DNA from: Guillardia theta CCMP2712 | Taxonomy: Eukaryota > Protista > Cryptophyta | Assembly: GCF_000315625.1 (NCBI RefSeq) | Contig: NW_005434639.1 | Span: forward strand, 257,511-321,510 | Length of the DNA stretch: 64,000 nucleotides | Direction: 5' to 3' | Shown here: piece after piece, positions 48,801 through 59,300 of the stretch | Position numbering within the stretch: the stretch's first letter is position 1 | Layout: each line of letters opens with the position of its first letter | Notes under the pieces: generated by a model | Databases searched by the model: none | What the model saw: the letters and a program-made list of their open reading frames with translations, nothing else | Told to the model about the DNA's origin: nothing | Program-made: the position numbers and the translations under genes

Positions 48801-50123
48801 AATCAAGATTGCATCAGTGATGATCAAGCTAGTATCTAAATGCTAGTATCTACAACTAGTGCTGCCAATCCGAAGCGACGTCACCAACCCCTTTCACTTC
48901 CTTTTTCCTTCTTGTCCAAATCCTCTTCGGGCAGTGCTACGTCCCAAAGATCTCAACGATTTGACCATCAACGAATGTTTTCAATGTCAAAGGCCTACTC
49001 CGGAGGAATTTCAAACCAAGGCACCACCTCTACTCCAACAGTATCAGCTCAAACTCTTCATCGTATCCTCATACCGATGTAGGTGTTGAAGAACAACAGC
49101 TCCTTCTACCCATAGCAACATCTCAGTTGCAAGATTCTCTTTCCACGATGCAAAATTGGTTCCTACTCGCCATTCTTGTCCTCATCCTCCTGAACTCCTT
49201 CTCTCCCCGCTCCTCCTCTGCGTTCCTCCAGTAAATCCTCACCTTCGGCATTTTCCGCCGCTCAAACTTAGGAACTTCGAGCTCACAGAAGTATGATCGA
49301 AACTTTGGTGTGCTAAGTTTTTCCACACATTTTCATAAAATTTCAAATTTATTCAAATGTTTCGTTGAAATTTGATATCGGAGTTCAAGCCCGAAAATGC
49401 AATTTGCTCCACCCCACCCTGGTAGAACAATATACCATCGTGGAATTGATCAACTATACCCACCAAAGTTCAATGAAAAGTACCGGTGATCTGAGACTTT
49501 ATGAAACGTAGTACCCCTACCCTACACTCTTACATCTTCGAATACAGATTGCTTCCCCACCCCCACCCCTTGCTTTTTAACCACCCCTTGGTGCAGACAT
49601 CGTGAAAATCACCCGTAGTAAAGTCAAAAGGACTGTACCCCTACCTACACCCTTGCCGGCGTGTATGGAATACCCCTTCATTTGAAGGCAAATTTGTGAG
49701 AAATGAACGGGTGGGAGGGATTGTGCAGACCCGTTCTGCTCTACGTACCCCCACCCAACAATTCGTAAGGTGACCCTAACCTCCCACCCCACCCCCATGA
49801 TAGACACCTCTCAACAACAACAGGAGGAGACTTCAAGGAGGAGACATATAAGGCCTGCTAGCTACATACTTCCCCTTCTTCTCTTTCGCTGCTTGGTTCC
49901 TGCCTCTCTCCTCCCCCTCCCACTGATTCGATTGCTCAGACGCTTCTTCTCTCCCTTCTTCTTCGTCCAGGCTCTCCTTCTTTCAGTTTTCTAGCCCTGC
50001 ATTCAACTTTGCTGTCATCCCATGAAAAGTTGCCGGACATTTTGAAGTTCGAACAGTCTGGTCGGTAGTTTCCGCTAATCACAGCTTTCGAAGCACTGAA
50101 GCAAATACTGGATCATTAACAAA

Positions 50124-52255
50124 ATGAGATCAACATATTCATTGCTCTACATCTCTTTGTTTTCTCAATTTCTCAACTCCTCTGCATGGCTTGTACCTGC
50201 AACTTTCTCGCAATGCATCAGGTCCGTTGGAAAACCCCAGCACAGAGGAGCTTGTGGGATGACAAGGAACGTTGTGGTTTCTTTGAAGATGAATCAGGGC
50301 GAAGACAGCAAGGCTAAAGATGTCGTTCTTGGTCCAGGACTGTTTGCTCCTGATATTCAATTGGGGCCCAATGCTGACGATTTTGTGCCTGAAGAGAAGA
50401 TCATCTCAAGGATACAGATGTCAAACTTGTTCTCTTTCTTTGACACAGATTCAAATCAGAAGATTGACCTCGATGAGCTTGTTTTGCTTTCTGGTGCAAT
50501 CGGCAAAGAATGGTCTAAAGAAAAGGCTTTGCAAGCTCTCTGGGAGATTGATGAAAACAAGGATGGGTTTGTAACCTTCGAAGAGTTCTACCGTTGGTAC
50601 TTGGCCGGGAATAAGAAGGTTCTCGAAGAAATGCCAGTGCCCCAGAAGGTCTCAGCCTTTCTGCAGAATAGCAGATATTCCAAGGCAGACGTGGAGAAAC
50701 TTTTCCAGTTAGCGGATGAGAACTCTAACGACAGAATTGAGCACGCCGAATTTCTGGAGCTCATGTCAACCTTGGGACACAACATGACCTCTGAGAAAGG
50801 CACTGAAGTGATTGCGAGATTGTCTACAGTGTCAGGAGGGTCAGAGCCCTCTGTCACGTTCCCAGAGCTGTATGCCTGGATCTCGGCTGGGTATGACGTG
50901 GCTACTGCCCAAGTTCAGACCTCCATTCTTCTTGAACCGTCGGAGAAAGATAAGAAGCGTGTTTTTGTCCGAGGATTCCCATGGAGGGCGAAGGAAGGGA
51001 CGGCTCTGAAATACTTCTCGAGATGCGGTGAGGTACAGGAAGTGCAAATGATCAACTGGTCACGTGACGGGACCCCGAGTGGAAGATGCATCGTGACCTT
51101 CAAGGATGAAGAGAGTGTCGAGAAAGCGATTGCCTTGCATCGTAACAGAATGGGGAAAAGATGGCTGGAGGTGTACCGAGTCAATGAGGGAGATAAGGAG
51201 GAGATTCATAAAGTCGACAAATCTCTTCACGGGGCATTGATTGGAATCAAAGGTAAGGTTGTGCAAGAAATGCAGCAGGAGAGCGGAGCTCGAATCTTCT
51301 TTGAAACCGAACCAGAGGATGTCATGATTATCAAGGGCCGTGAGTTTGAGCGAGTCAAGGCGTGGGCCATGGCTAAGGCAGTCATCGACGACAACACAAT
51401 GGAGGAACATCCTGTTGATATCTCACTCCATGGCAAGCTGATCGGAGCCAAAGGCAAGCTCAAGAAGATTATGGAGGAACAAAGTGGGGCACACATTGTT
51501 TACCGGCAAGAGCCAAAGCCAAGATGCTGCATTTGCGGATCGTTCGAGGCCCGCCAGAGAGCCTGGCAGCTTGTGCAGGGGAAGATGTGGGAATTCCAGC
51601 AGGCGAACGAACAGAGGTTCCCTCTTGATCGCAAGTACCATGGCACTTTGATTGGCAAAGGAAGTGTTGTTGTACGCGCAATCGAAGATGAAACTGGCGC
51701 GAGGATCCGGTTTTCTAGCGGAAAGCAATACAACTCTCGTGAAGAAAAGGGTTATGAGGGTGAGAAGGAAGGCGCTGAGGTATGTTTTGCTGTTCTCACC
51801 TACAAGATCTCAGTCGTCGTTCTACAGAACTTGGATAGTGGGTGTATGGTTGTGAGGGGAACTCCAAAGCAGTGCGAGAATGCCTGGAAGTATGCACAGG
51901 TACCACTAGCTAGCACACTTAGATAGTGTGAATGAGGTTTTTCAGATCTTCTTGAAGGAGATGCCTCTGCTGTTGAGCGAGCTTCGAGATGAAGACATTG
52001 CACTCGGAGCACTCAGATCCCTTCCTCTTTCTCCAGATCAGGTCAGTTTGCGCTGCTGTCATTTGCGGTGCCATAACTGCATTTATCAAGGTGTGGCAAG
52101 CTGCGGTCGAGGAAGCAACCAAGAAGGCCAGACAGTCTGTGGGAGTGCATGATGAGAAGAGCCAAGTAAGCCCCGATCGTGTGCATACTGTCATTCTAGT
52201 GACATGTTTGGCTTCACAGGGCAGCAATGCGGAGGAAAGTATTCTTTTACTCTAA
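50124..52255 (+). CDS. Putative plastid-targeted EF-hand (x3-4) - RRM - KH (x3) RNA-binding protein
   Basis: Leader MRSTYSLLYISLFSQFLNSSA-W. EF loops DTDSNQKIDLDE, DENKDGFVTFEE, DENSNDRIEHAE. RRM RVFVRGFPW..SGRCIVTF..MGKRWLEV. KH motifs HGALIGIKG, HGKLIGAKG, HGTLIGKGS. 3' introns lead to TAA at 52253-52255. Confidence 0.85.
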
Positions 52256-52740
52256 ACTAACAGATTAGGCGTTGTATCCTTGAATGTTGAAACTGAGACT
52301 TTTGTGTCCGTCCGTATGGGCCCTCATGTTGGCCTCTTGCTGGGCTCTGATATCATGGACTTGAATCTTGCGCTAGCAAGCTGCTGCGCGAGTCTTCGTC
52401 GGGATCAGCGTGTCTGCCAGCCGCCAGGAAGGCATGCTGGACCTTGTAGTCAGGCCTTTCGATCTCACAGTAAACTAGTCTAACAGGCCGCCGCGTTCGG
52501 CCTGTCCTACTATTTTTTATATTGCGGTTGTTAGGGCCGTGCATAGAAAATGCGGCAAGGGGGAGAAGTAAAGGTGCTCGTACGATGATGAAGAAGGGCT
52601 GACGACTCAAGACGTAGAGACAAGTAGCTGATATGCAGGATCCCTCCACTCATCGCAAGAAAACAATCGATGATGCGAAGATCTTTAGCCTCAGTGTGCG
52701 GACTTTGATGTTCACAGCTATCTTCCTTGCACGCTGGACA

Positions 52741-53532
52741 ATGGGAAACTCGCAGGAGGCTGCTCCAGTGCAACGAGATGAGGTGAAACGAGATGCGACA
52801 TTGTGAACTTTGTTAAGCTGATGATCAGAGACTTCTAATAGACCAACTTGCGTCTTTGGAATTGCAGGTAATGATCGGTGACTTGTTGGACTATCATGCA
52901 TATAAAACTTGCTTGCAGAGAAGCCTAGGCCACCTTCAAGAAATGGACCATGGTCAGTATGTTGAGACAGTTCGCCACATTATCGCAAATGCTCTTGTGG
53001 TTTCACGAGGTTGTCAAAATGTTTCGTTTCTTAACTTCATGAAACGCGGCTGCAGATGCAGTGGATTTGTTTGATGAGGATGGAAAGACTGCGCTTCATG
53101 CTGCTTGTATGAATGGCTGGGAGGTAGCGCAATCATACCTGCGTCATATTGCAAGAATACTTAGGCAGAGATCAGGTCCAAGTCATTGAACTGATACGAG
53201 CTGGCGCCGACGTGAACAAGAGATGCAAGTATGTTGGGCAAAGTCCTCTTTTCTTCGCAACGAGTATGTCTTCATGTGTTGATGGATTTGTTTTTCAGTC
53301 ATTTTGATACAAGTTGCAGAATGGGAGCATGCCAACATAATGAAAATTCTTCTTGATTCTGGATCAGACCCGGAGCAAGAGGATAAGTTTGGAAGATCTA
53401 CTCTTCGATGGGTAACAATGCAGCCAAACCAAGAGTGAGTTTCTACCTGAAATTTTCGATTTTCTCATCAGACGTCCCTGCAGCGCTAAGATGGATAACA
53501 CTCTGCAGCTGTTGAGAAGGAATAGCCCATAA
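52741..53532 (+). CDS. Small ankyrin-repeat protein (starts MGNSQ)
   Basis: Spliced DEDGKTALHAACMNGWEVQVIELIRAGADVNKRCKYVGQSPLFFATKWEHANIMKILLDSGSDPEQEDKFGRS; five short introns; only fragments appear in the ORF track. Confidence 0.8.
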
Positions 53533-53739
53533 ATGATTCCATTAGATCTGCTCAAATCTACACATGGAGGAATCGCAGTCGTAAAGCATAACGGCTGAGA
53601 TTCTCCTCTATGATTGCTGCAGAGGTTTCATGGTATCTCTGACATCAGTAGATTTCTTTGAAGAGGACTCAGGAAGGAAAATTTTATTGTGTACAAAGGG
53701 GGGAGAAAGGCGACAAACGACATCCAAGAAAAAAACAAC

Positions 53740-55644
53740 CTACCAACCAGAAGGAGATTGGAATCCAAGAGATCTTCCAGTGGCTGTGTCATACACCTGA
53801 TCAAAAATCACGGAAATAACACAAGTTTCGAAGCTACAACTGATCACCTCTCTATCGTATAGACGCTGAGTTGGCCTTGCTGTATACCCTTGTTCGTAGA
53901 GCAAATCTGCATGATGATTTGGAGAAATAAGCACTGGAGTCTTAAGGACGATCCTAGCATATTGATCAGAAACAGTGGGAGAAAGATGCAAGAAAATACA
54001 CACCACGTTACTCCCTCAGTACAAGGTGGTGCAGTGAGGGACCCATAGTACGTATAGTAATTTGCATAGTTGCTTCCGGCTCCCAGCACATCCTCAGCCA
54101 TTTTTGCAGTATCAAACCAAATGCTTGGTTTCACATCCTGACCATATCGAGGATACACATAAGAACCAGCAAGACCATTGGCGTCAAGATTGTAGGTGCC
54201 CTCAAACCCTCCAACACCATCCATGATCGTTTGTAATGATGAGGCAGTGTAAGGACCGACTTCAAGAAAGGCTGAGACGACCACTTTGACGTCTGATGAC
54301 CCTTTGGACGTATGATAAAACTGGATTTCTCCTGCAGTCTGCCTTCCTTGCAGTCTGTGTTCACTGGGAGTATGAATTTGAGCATACTTCAACTCAACTT
54401 CTTCGTCGTTTACTACCATGGTGCCTTGCAATCCTTCGACCTGTGAAAAAACGATAGATTCATCAATAAACCCCGGAAAGCTGGCACGAATGAAAACTTA
54501 CCGTGATCACATTCTTGTACAACGGAGAGATTAATGTGACCTCATAAGGATCCGTCGGACCGACCCATCGAAGCATTTTCAAATTATCATCCCTCAAGAC
54601 GTTCAATTCAAAATTGATCGGACTTTGATTTTGTCCGTTCGCACAGACTCCATATGAACCTTTGATATCACCCCAATGATTAGGACCTTTCTTTCCACTG
54701 TATGCCCAGATTTCGCCATCAACATTTGGAAGCCAACCTCCATGATTCACGTGAAAGGAGTATGCAGGAGTTGGATAGGCGGGGTACGCGTTCAACTGAG
54801 TATTTGCACCTACAGCAGGGCTCTGGTATTGCACATCATTTTGAAATACAAACTGATTGCTGGATGATCCTGATGGCGCAACATTCACATATCCATTCCC
54901 CAGTACATTATCAGCCTTCTCCGGAGAGTGAACGTCATATTCGAAAGGATCGATCTTCATCAAACTTTGCTTTCTTGTGTTCTTCTTCTTGCTTGGAGAC
55001 GACGGTGCATCCCAAGATGCGGGAGAAAGAAGTTTTTCTAATCCGCCTGTATTGGAATCTTTGCTTTTCCTCTCTTGCTTATTCGAGGCTCCTGTACTTG
55101 CAAAGGTCTGCCTGTGCCGATCGAAGTACTTGTCGAGCTTCCGAGTGAAATCATCTTTATGCCCCGCTCGAATGTTCCTGAACTCTTTTGCCAAAGCAGC
55201 ATCGGACAATTGCTCGAATCTACCGAAATCGTCACGTTGCTCTGCCAGCATACTTCTGGCTTTGGACTTATATGACTGGTATTCCACATTTGTTCCAAAT
55301 GGGTAGGCTGTTGAGGTAGGGCCAGTTAAGAAGCCAATCGTATCAGCCGTTGTCATCGCAATACCATCTTGTGTCACAATGCCAGGTGTGTAAGTGGTAG
55401 TGGGAGTTTGATACTCAACGTTGTTCCACGTGTACCCCAGCGTGTTTTCCTGTTGAGAACCGGGAAAGTACCATGTGACAGGCGGCGTGTCGTACATACC
55501 ATCATATGCCAACATCATTCTACCAGAGCCTAGCAAGTTCGTGCGAGACAAAGACAATGATGACGACGCAAGAGCAATCAGAACCAAAAGAGCGGTAGCA
55601 GCCACAGCAGCAGCCACCATGGCCTGCCGTCCACGCCGCCGCAT
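53740..55644 (-). CDS. Signal-anchored alpha-carbonic anhydrase-like protein, probably acatalytic
   Basis: WAYSGKKGPNHWG, CANGQNQSPINF, QIHTPSEH, GEIQFYH, YYTYYGSLTAPPCTEGVTW, ARPTQRL; N-terminal hydrophobic anchor and a ~280-aa spacer. Confidence 0.85.
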
Positions 55645-56329
55645 GGCTGCTTGCCTCTTCGTACTACATCCGATTTCTTCCCCCTCATACCCATCCCACC
55701 GCACTCGGATGTCCGGCGGGCCCAGACGGTCCGACCGTACCGATGTCCGATCCGGCGGGGCTAGTGTGTCCGACCGTTAGTCGGACGCCAGTCACTGAGA
55801 ACGGTACGGTCCGACCGCGGTCACCCGGGTTCATCGGTTTTCCAATCGTGCGAGCGTGGGCCCGCCGAGTTTTGAACAAACTTGAACTATAAATGGAGTG
55901 TTTGAACGAAGGCCCTTACATTAGCGCCGCCCCAGTGACCGCCACTGGACTCCCTATCGTCGGCGTACGTTTAAGGTGGACTTGCCAGTCTGCTCGGACC
56001 GTACTATGATACTAGCTGGACTCAGCTCCCAGTTGGTTGCACGACCGGCCGGGCACGGTGTGCCTCCCCTCCGACTCCGGTATCATGCCTTAGAGAGCTC
56101 CCCACCGGTGGTTTCCTGGGTTTATTCAGGGGTGAGAGGCTACCAGTAGAACCCCAGGGAGTAACTCAGTTCAAGCACCCTTTCGACGCCAGAGCAAAAG
56201 GGGGGTGGGCTTTCAAAGAAATGCGCGCGCTTTTTGCAGCAAGAAAATCATCGTCGTTGACTCATGCATTGTCCTAAGAGGATTCATGTACAGGGAGTGG
56301 GGGGGGAGGAGGAGGAGGGACTTGTAACA

Positions 56330-59300
56330 ATGGATTTGATAAAGCCTAGCTTTCGTACTGGTGACTTGAACTCTATCGATTCAAATGGTGCTCATCTCTG
56401 AATTTTCGGCATCAGTCCTTTCATGTGATTAATGATTTTTGTTGTTTGAAAGAGGTCGGACGGAAAAGTAAAGAAATAGTATACTTCCAAGAATAATCAT
56501 AGTCTGTTCAAGAGATTCAAGGCAAAACCTGTGTTGAGCGAATAATGACAAAATTTTGTAGATGCAGGCAAAAGAAACCCTTGTTTCGAAGTGGAAAATG
56601 GTGTATGGATGTCATTCCTGCGGAAACGAACTGCAACATTTAGACAAAGGTAATTGCCTACACATGGATGCAGTGTCTGATAGAAGCGATTCAATATAGT
56701 AAAAACGAACATGTGCAAACATTGCGAAGCTCGTGCGGAACCACAAGTTTTGGGAGAAAGGTTTATGCGTGTGGAATGCTCAAATTTATGATCTGATCTC
56801 TGTCCCTTTGTTCTAGATGTCCTGCATGTTCAAGTATCAACGAGTTTACAGAAGACGAAAGCAAAATGTGTCAAATATGTGGATATGAAGAAATGGGAGA
56901 CGGCAAAACAGATAATCCTCAAACCGAATTCCTGATACAAGTCGAAAGTCGAATCATCCAGAAACTCGAAGATGAAATCCATCGATTCCTGACCAAATAC
57001 AATTCAAGAGTCGACGAAATGGGATTGAAAATGAACGATGTGGAAACAAAATTCAGACAAAATAAAAACGAATGCAAGATTAAAGAAAAAATAGTCAAGC
57101 CAACACAAAATCAAGTTGAATCTAAACATGTTGTTTCCAAATCACAAAATTTAGAAACCAACAACCAACAACAGATAAGAACAGAAGAGAACAAATCCGA
57201 CCAATACCAAGTGATGCAACGAGAAAATGAGGCATTCCACAACAAACCACAACAACAAGAACATGAGGCGGTGCAAGCCCGCTTGGCGAAGCAGTCCAAG
57301 GAGGCGGCGGAGTACGCGGAGCTGCTGGAGCGGGAGCTTGAGGCGGCTCGGGCGGCGGGGCTGGAGGCGTCGGCAGAGCACGCGGCGCAAGAGCAGGCGC
57401 TTGCGGAGGAGCGGCGGGGACGGGCAGAGCTAGAGGCAGCGCTACGGGCGCTGGAGGCGGAGAGGGACGGGCTGATGGAGGCGCAGGAGGGGCTCGGGCG
57501 GGAGCTTGAGGCGGTGCAAGCCCGCTTGGCGAAGCAGTCCAAGGAGGCGGCGGAGTACGCGGAGCTGCTGGAGCGGGAGCTTGAGGCGGCTCGGGCGGCG
57601 GGGCTGGAGGCGTCGGCAGAGCACGCGGCGCAAGAGCAGGCGCTTGCGGAGGAGCGGCGGGGACGGGCAGAGCTAGAGGCAGCGCTACGGGCGCTGGAGG
57701 CGGAGAGGGACGGGCTGCGGGAGGCGCAGGAGGGGCTCGGGCGGGAGCTTGAGGCGGTGCAAGCCCGCTTGGCGAAGCAGTCAAAAGAGGCACAGCAGGC
57801 GCTGCGGAGGAGCGGCGGGGACGGGCAGAGCTAGAGGCAGCGCTACGGGCACTGGAGGCGGAGAGGGACGGGCTGCGGGAGGCGCAGGAGGGGCTCGGGC
57901 GGGAGCTTGAGGCGGTGCAAGCCCGCTTGGCGAAGCAGTCCAAGGAGGCGGCGGAGTACGCGGAGCTGCTGGAGCGGGAGCTTGAGGCGGCTCGGGCGGC
58001 GGGGCTGGAGGCGTCGGCAGAGCACGCGGCGCAAGAGCAGGCGCTTGCGGAGGAGCGGCGGGGACGGGCAGAGCTAGAGGCAGCGCTACGGGCGCTGGAG
58101 GCGGAGAGGGACGGGCTGATGGAGGCGCAGGAGGGGCTCGGGCGGGAGCTTGAGGCGGTGCAAGCCCGCTTGGCGAAGCAGTCCAAGGAGGCGGCGGAGT
58201 ACGCGGAGCTGCTGGAGCGGGAGCTTGAGGCGGCTCGGGCGGCGGGGCTGGAGGCGTCGGCAGAGCACGCGGCGCAAGAGCAGGCGCTTGCGGAGGAGCG
58301 GCGGGGACGGGCAGAGCTAGAGGCAGCGCTACGGGCGCTGGAGGCGGAGAGGGACGGGCTGCGGGAGGCGCAGGAGGGGCTCGGGCGGGAGCTTGAGGCG
58401 GTGCAAGCCCGCTTGGCGAAGCAGTCAAAAGAGGCACAGCAGGCGCTTGCGGAGGAGCGGCGGGGACGGGCAGAGCTAGAGGCAGCGCTACGGGCGCTGG
58501 AGGCGGAGAGGGACGGGCTGCGGGNNNNNNNNNNNNNNNNNNNNNNNNNNNNNNNNNNNNNNNNNNNNNNNNNNNNNNNNNNNNNNNNNNNNNNNNNNNN
58601 NNNNNNNNNNNNNNNNNNNNNNNNNNNNNNNNNNNNNNNNNNNNNNNNNNNNNNNNNNNNNNNNNNNNNNNNNNNNNNNNNNNNNNNNNNNNNNNNNNNN
58701 NNNNNNNNNNNNNNNNNNNNNNNNNNNNNNNNNNNNNNNNNNNNNNNNNNNNNNNNNNNNNNNNNNNNNNNNNNNNNNNNNGGCCTGTCAGCGACGGCCC
58801 GGCAAGAGGTCGGGGCTTTGCAGGAGGCTAAGCAGAAGGCCATGGAGGCGATCAAGACACAGACCGGGAAGCTGGAGGAGGAGATCGGTACAGTAGAGGC
58901 GATGATGAGATCAGAGCAGAACAAGCGAAGGAATCTGGAGGGGTCGATCCGGGCGCTGGAGGCGGAGAGGGACGGGCTGCGGGAGGCGCAGGAGGGGCTC
59001 GGGCGGGAGCTTGAGGCGGTGCAAGCCCGCTTGGCGAAGCAGTCCAAGGAGGCGGCGGAGTACGCGGAGCTGCTGGAGCGGGAGCTTGAGGCGGCTCGGG
59101 CGGCGGGGCTGGAGGCGTCGGCAGAGTACGCGGCGCAAGAGCAGGCACTGCTACAGGAGAATGGTGCACTTGAGGCGGAGAGGGACGGGCTGCGGGAGGC
59201 GCAGGAGGGGCTCGGGCGGGAGCTTGAGGCGGTGCAAGCCCGCTTGGCGAAGCAGTCCAAGGAGGCGGCGGAGTACGCGGAGCTGCTGGAGCGGGAGCTT

